From contig JABGPJ010000066.1 in the NCBI GenBank assembly GCA_018645005.1, positions 41,808-105,807 on the forward strand: a DNA stretch of 64,000 bases. Direction: 5' to 3'. The position numbers were made by a program, and so were the translations under genes. The notes beneath the pieces were generated by a model. It saw only the letters and a program-made list of their open reading frames with translations. It ran no database searches and was not told where the DNA came from. Numbering within the stretch: position 1 is the first letter of the stretch; every line of letters begins with the position of its first letter. Below are positions 31,652 to 42,380 of the stretch, one piece after another. The DNA is from Deltaproteobacteria bacterium. Its GTDB lineage: Bacteria > SAR324 > XYD2-FULL-50-16.

Positions 31652-33478
31652 ATGAAACTTGAGAAAAAGAAAAAGCCCTATTTCGGAGCACATAGCTATT
31701 CACAGCGTAAACTGATTCGAGAACTCAGCGAGCATCCAAGTATTCTGGATGTACTTGAAAAGTACCCCCCGGAAAAATCAAAAATCAGTCTGACCCGAAA
31801 TTCAGTTCAGGAATATCTGAAGGAAATAGTGGCAACGCCTTCTAAAACGGTTGTTGATGGATTGCGGCGCAGCCTCGGATTACTCTGGTACCGGATTTTC
31901 AATGGATTGGACGTTCAGGGACTTTCCAGTCTGAAAGAACAGGTAGAAGGGAAGCAGGTGATCTATCTCCCTTGCCACCGTAGCCATCTTGATTACCTGG
32001 TACTCTCTTATGTGTTGGATCAGGAGTATATGGAACTTCCCCATATTCTGGCGGGGAGCAATCTAAACCTCGCCGGTGTTGGCCGGATGCTGAAAGGAGG
32101 CGGGGCTGTTTTTATGCGTCGTTCCTTTAAAAACAACCCGCTCTATGCAACAGCCTTTGTTACCTATTTATACTATCTACTGGATCATAAAATTCCCCTT
32201 GAAGTCTTCATTGAGGGGGGGCGCTCCCGAACCGGGAAAAACCTGCCGCCACGAATCGGGATTCTCTCTATTCTGATTGAGTATCTAATGCAAAACAGTG
32301 ACAAGGATCTTCAGCTGGTTCCGATCTCTTTCACGTATGAGCGCATCCCGGAGGAAACGGCCTATATTAAGGAGCTGGATGGTGCAGTCAAACAGCAGGA
32401 AAACCTGTTGGAACTCCTGAATGCTTATAAGGTGCTGAAGAAAAATTTTGGAAAGGTTTTTGTCTCTTTTGCTCCGCCCATGTCGCTTCGAAGTATGATG
32501 GATGGATATCTCCAGATCAATGAGCTTGAAGCGACGCCCGAACCAGATACAAAAGACTTTAATGAGATGGCCTATTGTTTTGGTATGGATGTCATGGATC
32601 AGATAAATATCCATACCAGGATATCGGCACTACCAGTCGTTGCCACCGCCTTGTTGTCGGAAAAACATCAGGGATTCCACCGGAACGATCTCCTGTACAA
32701 AAGCCAATTCCTGGTCGATGTTTATCAAGCCGTCCATCCACGGGCACAAGATACGTTGGTGGAAAGCGAGGGGGGCTTAAGCGGGATAATTGAATTTCTG
32801 ATACAAGGGGGAACAGTTCAGCGTATTCGAGATCCGGATGAGGATATTTTTTATTTCAAATCCAAAGAAAAAATCAGGCTGAATCTGTATAAGAACATAT
32901 TTGTTCACCACTTTGTTATCCCATCCATCATTGCCTTGAAACTGAAACAGGGAGTGAAAACGAGAGAGAAACTCCTGGAAGATATCCTCTTTTTTGATAA
33001 TCTGTATCGCTACGAGTTCATGTTCCCGCGTTCGTATGATTTTACAGAGGCTATTAACACGATGATCTCATTTTCCCTGGACAATGGACTGATTTCGGAA
33101 ACGGAGGGTGAACTCCTGCCAAATCCTGCAAAAGACAAAGAGCTCAATCTGCTGGCAAATATTTTGCAGCCTTTTCTTGAAACGTTTTATGTCGCAATTA
33201 AAGTTCTGACGTCAAAAAAAGTCTCTTTTCCCCAGGATGCAGACAAGCTGGTTGCGCTTTTCCGTGAAAATCATCACAAATACCTGCTCCTAGGCAAAGT
33301 GAATTCACTGGAAGGGAATTTGACGGTTTCCTATAAGAATATTATCCGCTTTTTTACTGAAGAAAAAATCATTCAATCAGGTAAGGGAAGATCAAAAAAA
33401 ACGATGATCCGCAAGAATGAGGAGTTTGACAAAATTCATATCCTTTATGACAAACTGTTTCCCAAAGTGATGCTCTAG
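31652..33478 (+). CDS. plsB: Glycerol-3-phosphate acyltransferase (PlsB-like)
   Basis: PCHRSHLDYL, GAVFMRRSF, FIEGGRSRTG. Confidence 0.85.
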   Translation: MKLEKKKKPYFGAHSYSQRKLIRELSEHPSILDVLEKYPPEKSKISLTRNSVQEYLKEIVATPSKTVVDGLRRSLGLLWYRIFNGLDVQGLSSLKEQVEGKQVIYLPCHRSHLDYLVLSYVLDQEYMELPHILAGSNLNLAGVGRMLKGGGAVFMRRSFKNNPLYATAFVTYLYYLLDHKIPLEVFIEGGRSRTGKNLPPRIGILSILIEYLMQNSDKDLQLVPISFTYERIPEETAYIKELDGAVKQQENLLELLNAYKVLKKNFGKVFVSFAPPMSLRSMMDGYLQINELEATPEPDTKDFNEMAYCFGMDVMDQINIHTRISALPVVATALLSEKHQGFHRNDLLYKSQFLVDVYQAVHPRAQDTLVESEGGLSGIIEFLIQGGTVQRIRDPDEDIFYFKSKEKIRLNLYKNIFVHHFVIPSIIALKLKQGVKTREKLLEDILFFDNLYRYEFMFPRSYDFTEAINTMISFSLDNGLISETEGELLPNPAKDKELNLLANILQPFLETFYVAIKVLTSKKVSFPQDADKLVALFRENHHKYLLLGKVNSLEGNLTVSYKNIIRFFTEEKIIQSGKGRSKKTMIRKNEEFDKIHILYDKLFPKVML

Positions 33479-33541
33479 CACTTCCAGACTAGAGCTATAG
33501 CGGAATTGGCTTTCGATGTGTTGAACCGGTCGTGGCATGTT

Positions 33542-34528
33542 CTACTTCCGGTTGAAAGGGTGTTGATAAACCTGCCAGGTTGTCTTGACGAGTGATTCCA
33601 GGTCACTGAATTCAGGTTCCCATCCCAGTGTCTCCCGCGCTACTTTTAAACCGGTATAAAGCTCTGCTGGATCACCTTCACGACGTTTTGTGACCGTATA
33701 ATTGAGTTTTCTCCCCGTGATCCTTTCTGCCATAGAGATGATTTCCAAAACGGAATGCCCCTTTCCGGTTCCGAGATTCAGAATTAGAGATTGTGCTGTA
33801 TTTTGGATTTTCTGGTAGGCCAGCAGATGCGCCCTGGCCAGGTCGCTGACATGGATGTAGTCACGGATACCAGTGCCGTCGGGTGTTGGATAATCGTCTC
33901 CAAATACCGACATCTCGGCTCTGATTCCTGCCGCTGTTTCCATCACAACAGGGATCAGATTGGCTGGCGCAATTTCCAGTCCAAGAATTTCACCTCCCGG
34001 GTCGTAACCGGCAGCGTTAAAATAGCGAAGGCTGGCGAATTTAATTCCCTTCAGGCGGTCATACCAGCCCAGAAACCGCTCAACTTCATATTTTGTAAAA
34101 CCATAAAAATTAATGGGATCCACCGGATGGTTTTCGTCAAGGGGCAGGTAATTGGGCATGCCGTAGACGGCGGCAGAAGAGGAAAAGACAACGATACGGG
34201 TTTGAGAAAGAGAAACGGCTTCCAGGAGATTCATGGTGCCGTTTATATTCTGATAGGCGTACTGCTCCGGGATTTCCATCGATTCTCCGGCTGCCTTTAA
34301 AGCAGCGAGATGAATGACAGCATCGAATTTTTCCGTGAACAGTTCTTTCAATTGTTCACGATTTTGTATATCCCCGGGTATGAACCGGGCCTGTTTAAAC
34401 AGGTTAATCTCCTGCCCGGAACTTAAGTTGTCAAAAACGGTTACGCGGTAGTTGGCCTTCAGAAAAGTCTGAACAACATGACTGCCGATATATCCGGCTC
34501 CGCCAATGACAAGAATGGAATCTGACAT
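33542..34528 (-). CDS. galE: UDP-glucose 4-epimerase
   Basis: GGAGYIGSH, FSSSAAVYG, YGFTK, LRYFNAAG, RDYIHV. Confidence 0.95.
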   Translation of the reverse strand: MSDSILVIGGAGYIGSHVVQTFLKANYRVTVFDNLSSGQEINLFKQARFIPGDIQNREQLKELFTEKFDAVIHLAALKAAGESMEIPEQYAYQNINGTMNLLEAVSLSQTRIVVFSSSAAVYGMPNYLPLDENHPVDPINFYGFTKYEVERFLGWYDRLKGIKFASLRYFNAAGYDPGGEILGLEIAPANLIPVVMETAAGIRAEMSVFGDDYPTPDGTGIRDYIHVSDLARAHLLAYQKIQNTAQSLILNLGTGKGHSVLEIISMAERITGRKLNYTVTKRREGDPAELYTGLKVARETLGWEPEFSDLESLVKTTWQVYQHPFNRK

Positions 34529-34538
34529 TGTGCTCCTA

Positions 34539-35987
34539 TTATTTTTGCCAGGTTTTTGGAAAAAAGAGAATTAATATTGTCAGGATTTCCAGCCTTCCCA
34601 TTACCATGTCTAGTGATAATATCCATTTAGTAAAAATTCCCAGATGGGCATAGTTTTCGGTTGGTCCCACAGATCCAAATCCAGGACCAATGTTGCTCAG
34701 GCTTGCCACCACACTACCGATGGCTGTGACCATGTCATTGATCTCAAGGGAGACCAGCAGAATCGAGACAACCATGACGGCTGTATAAATAAAAATAAAG
34801 CCCAGGATATTTGCCAGTACATTCCGGTCCAAGACGGAATTTCTCATTTTAACAGTACGAATCAGATTTGGATGCAGAAGCTTCAAAGCCTCGGTATACA
34901 TGTATTTTAAGACCAGCATCAAGCGGACCGATTTTATTCCACCTGCAGTACTTCCGGCACAGCCCCCCATTATCATGATAAACAGGAGAATGAACTGTCC
35001 ATAAATGGGCCACAACTCATAATCGACTGTACCGTACCCGGTTGTTGTCAAGATGGACGTGACCGAAAAACAGACATCCCGCACGACTTTAATCGCATTA
35101 CCACCTTGTTGGAATAGTATGGTTGCCACAATGGTAACAATACTAAACAGAATAATTAGAAAATAGAAATTGAGTTCGGGGTCGCGGGTATAGGTCTTCA
35201 GCGTAAACCCTTTGAAGAGAAATCGGTAATGTAACGCAAAATTGATGCCGGCGATAATCATGAAGATAATCAGAACCCATTCGATAAAGGGGGAGTTGAA
35301 TCCTGCGACACTGTTGTTTTTTGTGCTGAAACCGCCAGTTGACATGGCTGTAAAGGAGTGGCAAATAGCGTCGAAAAAAGTCATCCCACCCATCCAAAGA
35401 AGTAAGGTCAGCATCACGGTAAAAATCAAATATACCATCCAAAGCACTTTCGCTGTGTCCTGGATGCGGGGTGTTAGTTTCTCAGCGGTGGGGCCAGGAA
35501 CTTCAGCCTGAAAGATGCCCATGCCACCGATATTCAGATAAGGGATAATTGCCAGGGCGAAAACGATAATCCCCATGCCGCCCAGCCATTGGGTCAGGCT
35601 ACGCCAAAACAGTGTTGCGGGATGCAAGGCTTCAATCTTGGTGAGGACAGACGAGCCAGTTGTCGTAAAGCCGCTGATAGACTCAAAATAAGCATCTGTA
35701 AAACCCGGAATTGCGTTTGAGAAGAAATATGGCAGACATCCAATAAGACCGGCACTCAACCAACCAAAAGTGACCAGTGCATAGCTGTCACGATATTTCA
35801 GACTATGCTTCGATTTGGGAATCATGGCCAGCAGGCCACCTGTGACGGAGGCGATGATGAGAGTGTATAAAAAACCATGGAAATCGTCAGTTCCCAAAAT
35901 AAAGGCGTAAACGGTCGGGATTAAAAGAAAAATAGCTAAAACGCTTGTAATTAGTCCCAGCATTTTAAATATCGATGCGTATTGCAT
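34539..35987 (-). CDS. trkH: Trk potassium uptake membrane subunit
   Basis: FESISGFTTTG, QWLGGMG, STGGFS, GGCAGSTAGGIK, SNIGPG, GRLE. Confidence 0.95.
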   Translation of the reverse strand: MQYASIFKMLGLITSVLAIFLLIPTVYAFILGTDDFHGFLYTLIIASVTGGLLAMIPKSKHSLKYRDSYALVTFGWLSAGLIGCLPYFFSNAIPGFTDAYFESISGFTTTGSSVLTKIEALHPATLFWRSLTQWLGGMGIIVFALAIIPYLNIGGMGIFQAEVPGPTAEKLTPRIQDTAKVLWMVYLIFTVMLTLLLWMGGMTFFDAICHSFTAMSTGGFSTKNNSVAGFNSPFIEWVLIIFMIIAGINFALHYRFLFKGFTLKTYTRDPELNFYFLIILFSIVTIVATILFQQGGNAIKVVRDVCFSVTSILTTTGYGTVDYELWPIYGQFILLFIMIMGGCAGSTAGGIKSVRLMLVLKYMYTEALKLLHPNLIRTVKMRNSVLDRNVLANILGFIFIYTAVMVVSILLVSLEINDMVTAIGSVVASLSNIGPGFGSVGPTENYAHLGIFTKWILSLDMVMGRLEILTILILFFPKTWQK

Positions 35988-35993
35988 AAAACC

Positions 35994-37373
35994 TTAGTGG
36001 ATGGTGCTTTTTGATGGTTGCTGCTTGAAAAACGTCATGACCTTTTTCCGGTCAAGGCGGTGAAGAATTATGAGGATGGTATCATCTGGAGATAAAACAG
36101 AATCTCCGCTTGGAACCAGAAACTGGTTCTCTCGATGAATCACAGCAATGAGAACATTCTCCGGCAGGTCCAACTTTTTTAGGGGTTGATCAAGGCAGGG
36201 TGTGGTTTCATCCACATGAACTTCCAGGATCTCAATCTGGCTGTTGATCAGAGAGAAATAAGTAAAGATGTTTGTGTCCTGTATAAATCGGATGAGATGA
36301 CGAGCAGTCAATGTGCGTGGGCTAATGCCAAGCGTAATCGGCGTGTTCTGGTCGATAATGGGTATCAGTTCGGGTTGTTTAACAAGGCAGATGGTCCGTT
36401 CGACACCTTGCTGGCTTGCCAGGAGGCAGGATGTCAGGTTAACCTGTTCATTTTCTGTAACCGAAATAAAATAGTCAGCGGTTTCAATTCCTTCTGCAAT
36501 CAATTGCTTGAGATCTGTGCCATCGAAATTCAGAACTAACGTTTTTTGCAGTTTTTCGCAAATGTGATAGCTACGGGCCAGATCCTTTTCAATCAACTTG
36601 ACATTCTGATTCGCGCGTTCCAGGCGCTGAGCTACTCTTAAGCCCATATGACCGCCACCATTGACAAATACCTGTCGGGATTTTGACTGAAGATGATCAT
36701 ATCCCAATATCTTACGTAGTAACTGATAATATTTGGTGCGGTAAAAGAAATAGACAATATCGTCTTGCTGAATAGTTTCATTCTTATCAGGGATAATAGA
36801 CATGTCCTTGCGTTGAATGATTCCTATGTGAAACTTTCCCCCCAAATAATTCTCATCAAGCTGCCGGATTGAATGAGCGAGAATTTTTGAATAATGGGTC
36901 ATCTTGTATCCAGTCAGAGTAATCTCGCCCGCCACAAATTCATGACTATCGACAATATTTGGTGTTAAAACCAGATTGAAAAGCTCCTCTGCGACAAGGG
37001 AGACCGGATTGATAACCCAATCGATACCAAGGGATTTCAGCGAGAACTGTCTTTTTTCACTGTTCAGATCGATTTGCCTGATGCGGCAGATGGTTTTTTT
37101 GGCCCCCGCTTCAGATGCGGTTTTACAGGCGATCATATTGGTTTCATCTGAATTGGTGATGGCCATGAAGAGGTCGGTCTTCTCCAGATGTGTTTTGTGC
37201 AGGAATTTACTGTTGATGATACTTTCATTATCCGTCTGGATTTCAAAATCTATTTTCAATTTCTCCAGAACTTCTTTGTTGGTATCAATCACATAAATTT
37301 CATGATCCTCCCTACACAATTTTTCAATAAGATGAAATCCGACTTCACCTGCACCGGCAATTACTATCTTCAA
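35994..37373 (-). CDS. trkA: Trk potassium uptake NAD-binding subunit
   Basis: Two RCK domains (IAGAGEVG; NGGGHMG), directly upstream of trkH. Confidence 0.93.
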   Translation of the reverse strand: MKIVIAGAGEVGFHLIEKLCREDHEIYVIDTNKEVLEKLKIDFEIQTDNESIINSKFLHKTHLEKTDLFMAITNSDETNMIACKTASEAGAKKTICRIRQIDLNSEKRQFSLKSLGIDWVINPVSLVAEELFNLVLTPNIVDSHEFVAGEITLTGYKMTHYSKILAHSIRQLDENYLGGKFHIGIIQRKDMSIIPDKNETIQQDDIVYFFYRTKYYQLLRKILGYDHLQSKSRQVFVNGGGHMGLRVAQRLERANQNVKLIEKDLARSYHICEKLQKTLVLNFDGTDLKQLIAEGIETADYFISVTENEQVNLTSCLLASQQGVERTICLVKQPELIPIIDQNTPITLGISPRTLTARHLIRFIQDTNIFTYFSLINSQIEILEVHVDETTPCLDQPLKKLDLPENVLIAVIHRENQFLVPSGDSVLSPDDTILIILHRLDRKKVMTFFKQQPSKSTIH

Positions 37374-37472
37374 TAGATCTCCGTTCGCTATATTCTGATG
37401 TTTGTCTTGATCTTAAAGGAGTCTTGAGAAATTCGTCAAAGCATAATACCTCTTCACCAGAGGGATAGCGGG

Positions 37473-38246
37473 TTACACGAGATCTACAGCATCAATGTGA
37501 TTGGGTCCTGGTTTGAGCAGGTGAATCAGGTACTCCTGATTTCCGCTTTTTTTACCTTGGATGGGAGATGGCTTGATTTGACGAACCACATATCCCAATG
37601 ATTCGGCATGCTGTTTGATGGAATCGATAACCCACGATCTGATCCGGGGATCGCTGACAATACCGCCCTTGCGGATGTTCTCTTTGCCCGCCTCAAATTG
37701 AGGTTTGATCAATGCGATCAGATTCCCCCCAGATTTCAAAAAATTGAGACAGTTTTGAAGGATTTTGGTCAAGGAGATAAAACTAACATCAATTACAATA
37801 ATATCGACAAACGAACCGATATCGGCCAGGGTCAGGTATCTGAAATTTGTTTTTTCCATGTTCTTGACCCGTTCATCTGTCACCAGCTTCCAGTCCAATT
37901 GCCCGTACCCGACGTCTATTGCGAAAATATAGGTAGCACCATGTTGTAACAGACAATCGGTAAAACCACCGGTGGAGGAGCCGACGTCCATTGCAATCTG
38001 GTTTCGAACATCGATATTGAAATCGGCGAGGGCTTTCTCAAGTTTCAAGCCGCCCCGGCTCACATATGGATGATCCATCCCTTTGAGGCGTATGTTTACA
38101 TCATTTACCAACATGCAACCCGGTTTTTCGATTTTCTGTTCGTCAACAAGCACATTCCCTGCAATGATATAAGCTTGGGCCCTTTCCCGGCTTGGTGCCA
38201 GACCCCGTGCAACCAACAACTTGTCAAGCCTTGACTTCTGTTTCAT
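37473..38246 (-). CDS. tlyA: TlyA family rRNA methyltransferase
   Basis: RLDKLLV S4 domain, YVSRGGLKL, DVGSSTGGFTD, DVSFISL, KPQFE. Confidence 0.95.
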   Translation of the reverse strand: MKQKSRLDKLLVARGLAPSRERAQAYIIAGNVLVDEQKIEKPGCMLVNDVNIRLKGMDHPYVSRGGLKLEKALADFNIDVRNQIAMDVGSSTGGFTDCLLQHGATYIFAIDVGYGQLDWKLVTDERVKNMEKTNFRYLTLADIGSFVDIIVIDVSFISLTKILQNCLNFLKSGGNLIALIKPQFEAGKENIRKGGIVSDPRIRSWVIDSIKQHAESLGYVVRQIKPSPIQGKKSGNQEYLIHLLKPGPNHIDAVDLV

Positions 38247-38544
38247 TCTGTCTGTCTGTTCTTTTGATTTTTAGTCCCTTGCGGAACGATGAAATAACCA
38301 CCAAGCTCACCAGGGAAAGCCAATTGACTCTTTCTTATTCAAAATAGCCCTGGTCCATGGATAATCTTGAAATATTAGCCTATGATAAAACCATTGGATT
38401 TGATTGAGCAAGCCGGTGATCCTGTCAGGATCAGAATTCTGTCTGTATTCATTTTATTTTGCAGCAGGGTGATAAATAACAGCCGCCGTAAAAAACTTTT
38501 TTTACTAATTTGAAACCGACAAGTTGACTTATCTGCACCCATAA

Positions 38545-39780
38545 ATGAGTATTCTTCAGGAACGATTTTCAACCCTTCCCCAAAAGGTTCGGGATACTAT
38601 CTGGAAATTTACGGAAATCTATAAAAGAGAAGGCTTCGAGTGTTTTCTGGTTGGTGGCAGTTGTCGGGATCTGCTGCTTGGCGAAATGCCTTATGATTTT
38701 GACTATGCAACCAATTGCCCACTCCACGTCTCCAGAAAGCTGTTTAAAAAAGTCATCTCCATTGGTGCTTCCCATGGAACCCTTATTATCTCTTTTTATG
38801 GGTTTCATTTTGAAATCACCCGTTTTCGCAAAGATGTCAGCACAGACGGCCGCAAAGCGGTGATTGCATTTTCAGACTCCATTGAAGAGGATCAGAAAAG
38901 GAGAGATTTACGTCTCAATGCCCTGGCTTATGACGTTGTTGAGGATCGACTTGTGGACAGCCAGAACGCTCTCGACGATTTCAAGGAGAAAAAGATCCGT
39001 TTCGTTGGAAATGCCGAAGACCGGATCAAAGAGGATCATTTGCGTGCACTGAGGTATGGCCGTCTGATATCTAAGCTGCTTCCTCTGGGCTTTTCCTATG
39101 ATCCTGATGAGATGCAGGCGGTGATCAGGATTTTTGACAGCCGCTTTCTCTCGATTGAACGTATTTATGATGAGTTTGGCAAAATACTCGCTCCCGGTTT
39201 AAAAGACAACCAATTTTTAAATGATTATCTGCCTAAATTGAATATCTTCAAACAATTTTTTCCGGACCCTGAAACGGCCGGAAAAGTGATGGAAAGAATT
39301 GTTGAAACCGGAAGCCATCTGCCGCTGGCCTTTCAATACCATAAAACTCATACTATCGCCGAAACCAGTACTGTTTTGAAATTAAGTAGGGAAAATAAGC
39401 GTCTGATTCTGCTACTCAAAGAATTTTCAGAACAGGATTTGTCCGACAATACTATTTTGAAAAGCCTGCTCAGCAAAGCAGAATTTATTGATATTAATGC
39501 TTTATTAATTGCTATTAATGATTTAATCGGGGTGGATGTTACCCGGCATGTCCTGGATATCATAAAAAAAGGACAGCCGTACCGCGTAAAAGATCTGGCG
39601 TTGCAGGGAAATGATTTGCAGGAACTGGGTATCAAAGGCAGGGGCATCGGGCTAATGATAAACCTCCTGCTGAACGCAGTCTGGGCCCAACCTCAACTCA
39701 ACTCAAAAGAACAGTTGCTTCGGTTGGCGGCAGATCTAAAAGAAAAGATGAGAGATTCAAATCCTGATGCAGGTGACTGA
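38545..39780 (+). CDS. cca: Class II tRNA nucleotidyltransferase (CCA-adding-like)
   Basis: LVGGSCRD..DFDYAT, RRDLRLNALA, EDHLRALR, SIERI. Confidence 0.82.
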   Translation: MSILQERFSTLPQKVRDTIWKFTEIYKREGFECFLVGGSCRDLLLGEMPYDFDYATNCPLHVSRKLFKKVISIGASHGTLIISFYGFHFEITRFRKDVSTDGRKAVIAFSDSIEEDQKRRDLRLNALAYDVVEDRLVDSQNALDDFKEKKIRFVGNAEDRIKEDHLRALRYGRLISKLLPLGFSYDPDEMQAVIRIFDSRFLSIERIYDEFGKILAPGLKDNQFLNDYLPKLNIFKQFFPDPETAGKVMERIVETGSHLPLAFQYHKTHTIAETSTVLKLSRENKRLILLLKEFSEQDLSDNTILKSLLSKAEFIDINALLIAINDLIGVDVTRHVLDIIKKGQPYRVKDLALQGNDLQELGIKGRGIGLMINLLLNAVWAQPQLNSKEQLLRLAADLKEKMRDSNPDAGD

Positions 39781-39786
39781 TACTTT

Positions 39787-40518
39787 CTATAAATGATCTG
39801 TTTCGTCTACCAGTGACTCAAGGTAGTTTAAATCTTGTAAGATGATGTGATGTTTATTCATCTGAATCACATCTGTTTTTTCAAGACGCCCCAGAACCCT
39901 GACAACCGTCTCAGTTGTTGTACCGGCCATGGCCGCAATCTCTTTCCGGGTCAAAGGCATTTCCAACTGGTAAAGGTCATTTTCTCTGTAACCAATTTTC
40001 CTGGTTAGATTTAATAGGATTTTTGCTACACGGGATTCAATTCTAGTCAGGGCCATCTCTGGAACTTTGCGCATCAGCTGTTGACTGTTCTGACTGCTGT
40101 ATTTTAAGAATTTTCGGTAGATCTCGGGATGTTTCTCCAGAAATTTGAAAAATGGTTCAGTAGGGATTTCTACCAGTGTTACTTCACCTTCGGTCACCGC
40201 TCTGACTGCGTATGTCTGCTCGCTGAATATGGCAAAAATACCAAAGAATTCACCCTCGGTGGCGATTCTTAAAATCATCTCCTGACCTGGTTTCAAACTC
40301 CGGATGACTTTCACCAGACCCTTGTTAACAAAGGTGAATTTTGTAGCGACATCACCTTGCTCGAAAATGACTTCATTTTTCTTAAGGGTTCGAATGGTCG
40401 TCAATTTTGATAGTTCCAGCAGTAAATCGTGGCTCAGATCCTTAAACAACTCTAGTGTTTTTAGTGTGGCAACTCTAATCTCGTGATCAAATTTCTTGTT
40501 GGCCGGTGAAATTTTCAT
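39787..40518 (-). CDS. Crp/Fnr family transcriptional regulator (no Fe-S Cys motif)
   Basis: cNMP-like domain plus HTH LTRKEIAAMAGTTTETVVRVL. Confidence 0.92.
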   Translation of the reverse strand: MKISPANKKFDHEIRVATLKTLELFKDLSHDLLLELSKLTTIRTLKKNEVIFEQGDVATKFTFVNKGLVKVIRSLKPGQEMILRIATEGEFFGIFAIFSEQTYAVRAVTEGEVTLVEIPTEPFFKFLEKHPEIYRKFLKYSSQNSQQLMRKVPEMALTRIESRVAKILLNLTRKIGYRENDLYQLEMPLTRKEIAAMAGTTTETVVRVLGRLEKTDVIQMNKHHIILQDLNYLESLVDETDHL

Positions 40519-40855
40519 AGGGAAATACGTTTTGAGTTTTTACGGTTACCGTCTTGAAATCTTAAAAATAAATTTAGGCCTATTTGCCAGGAGAGATCTC
40601 ACCTAAGAATAAAGCCCGCACCGTCTTTATATTATTCCGATCGCTTTGCAGTCCTCAAAAACAGTGATGTCTGTATTTTTCAAAACTTATATGATCTCAG
40701 ACAATAAATCAATGAATTAAAATTAAATTGACGGAATTCCGGGGCCAAAATAGTAAAAATAAGTTAATTCAGCTATTTACGCAGGGACAATTTTTGGTGA
40801 ATCCCAGCTATGGAATTTTAAATTACAAAGGAATTTTGAATTACCAAATTGTGAG

Positions 40856-40901
40856 TAAACAATTCCGACTCGGATATTTAAACAATTCCGACTCGGATAT
40901 T
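40856..40901. repeat. Perfect 23-bp tandem repeat with palindromic core
   Basis: TAAACAATTCCGACTCGGATATT x2; core TCCGA-C-TCGGA. Confidence 0.85.
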
Positions 40902-41316
40902 ATAGATACGGGAATGAGGTTAGTTCGGGATTAAAATCAAAATATAACAGTTGCCTAAAAAATATCAAAGTCTTTTTGAAAAATTAAATGATTTTCCGCT
41001 ACGCAAACATCCCAAATTGAAATTGAATTTCTCGGTTTCTGGAAATTTGCAAAAAAAGTGAACGCTCGTTCTAGGTCGCCGAAAAAGGAACTTTAGTTTT
41101 TTCCCGGTTATTGATGAATACTTGGATTTTGAATGTTTAACTCTGGACCGTTTGGTCGAAAACAAGGGATATTTATTGGGTAGGTTGCAGCTGTCGATAG
41201 GGTTGATGAGTGGACAGTCAAAAAAGTAAAAACGGTTCAGAATTATTACCGGTTTTTATTTTAAAGGAGTGCTGCAAACTGACTGAGTATAATGGAAAAT
41301 TGCGGAGCAAAACGGC

Positions 41317-42204
41317 GTGATCGAAAAACATTCCCAACCTCGGATAAATTGGTTTCCGGGGCATATGGCCAAAGCCTTGAAAGATGTCAGGCAAAAGATA
41401 AGCAAGGTTGATCTGGTACTGGAGGTCAGAGATGCCAGAATACCCCTGGCATCAGGCAATATTTCCCTGGAAAAAGCCTTGAACCAGAAGCCACGGTTGA
41501 TTGTTTTTAATAAGGCGAATTTGGCAGAAAAAGCAAATATCAAGCTATGGCGAAACTGGTTTGCCGAGCGGGATGACCGAATTCTCTTTCTTGATGCCTT
41601 TGATGCGAGATCACTGAAAATGTTATCGAAAATGGCCCGAGCGGTTATGCAACAAAAGTGGCAAAAATTTATTAAGAAAGGAATTCAGCCCCCCCCATTG
41701 CGGATGATGTTGCTGGGAATTCCAAATACCGGGAAATCCACAATCATCAACCGATTGACCAAAAGAAAAGCTGCCGGTACAGGCGACCGTCCTGGTGTGA
41801 CCCGTTCACAAGAGTGGATTGTTTTGGGCAGGGATTTAGAGTTGCTGGATACACCCGGAATAATGCCACCTAGAATTGACACCGAAGAGCAGGGTTTATG
41901 GCTCTGTGCGATTCATGCCATTAAAGATGAAATAGTTGGTAAGGAGAAGGTCGCCTCTTTTGTTGTCAAATATTTGCAGCAGATTGCGTCCCCTGATTTC
42001 ATAAATAAATATAGTTTACAAGATTCTGAAGTCATAGAGAGCGAAGAGCTGATAATGCAAATAGGATCAAAATTGAATTGCAGAAAAAAAGGGGGGGAAA
42101 TCGATTATGCAAAAACCTGTAGCCAGATATTGCATGACTTCAGGTCTGGGCTGCTGGGTGCCTGCAGTTTCGAAAAACCACCTAAGGAAAAAATTATTCC
42201 CTGA
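41317..42204 (+). CDS. rbgA: Ribosome biogenesis GTPase RbgA/YlqF
   Basis: INWFPGHMAKA, EVRDARIP, GIPNTGKST, PGVTR, DTPG. Confidence 0.93.
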   Translation: MIEKHSQPRINWFPGHMAKALKDVRQKISKVDLVLEVRDARIPLASGNISLEKALNQKPRLIVFNKANLAEKANIKLWRNWFAERDDRILFLDAFDARSLKMLSKMARAVMQQKWQKFIKKGIQPPPLRMMLLGIPNTGKSTIINRLTKRKAAGTGDRPGVTRSQEWIVLGRDLELLDTPGIMPPRIDTEEQGLWLCAIHAIKDEIVGKEKVASFVVKYLQQIASPDFINKYSLQDSEVIESEELIMQIGSKLNCRKKGGEIDYAKTCSQILHDFRSGLLGACSFEKPPKEKIIP

Positions 42205-42277
42205 TTAATGTGCAGTGAATGGGTGGCCTTTCATAAAGCCGTATCTTGAATTAATGTGCAGTGAATCGGTGGCCTTT
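42204..42277. repeat. Two 28-bp direct repeats 18 bp apart
   Basis: ATTAATGTGCAGTGAAT(G/C)GGTGGCCTTT at 42204-42231 and 42250-42277. Confidence 0.8.
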
Positions 42278-42380
42278 GATGGCGTTCGGGGTCATATTGA
42301 AAAAACGAACACAACAGCGGTGAAAGAGCTGCGTTCATGTTGTTCCGATTATTTAAATCTTAATGTAGATAACATAGAAA

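Noticed and set aside
40519..41316. oriC or dif site
   Set aside because: No TTATCCACA-type boxes and no convincing XerD arm seen
42204..42277. CRISPR array
   Set aside because: Only two repeats, 18-bp spacer, no cas genes in the window
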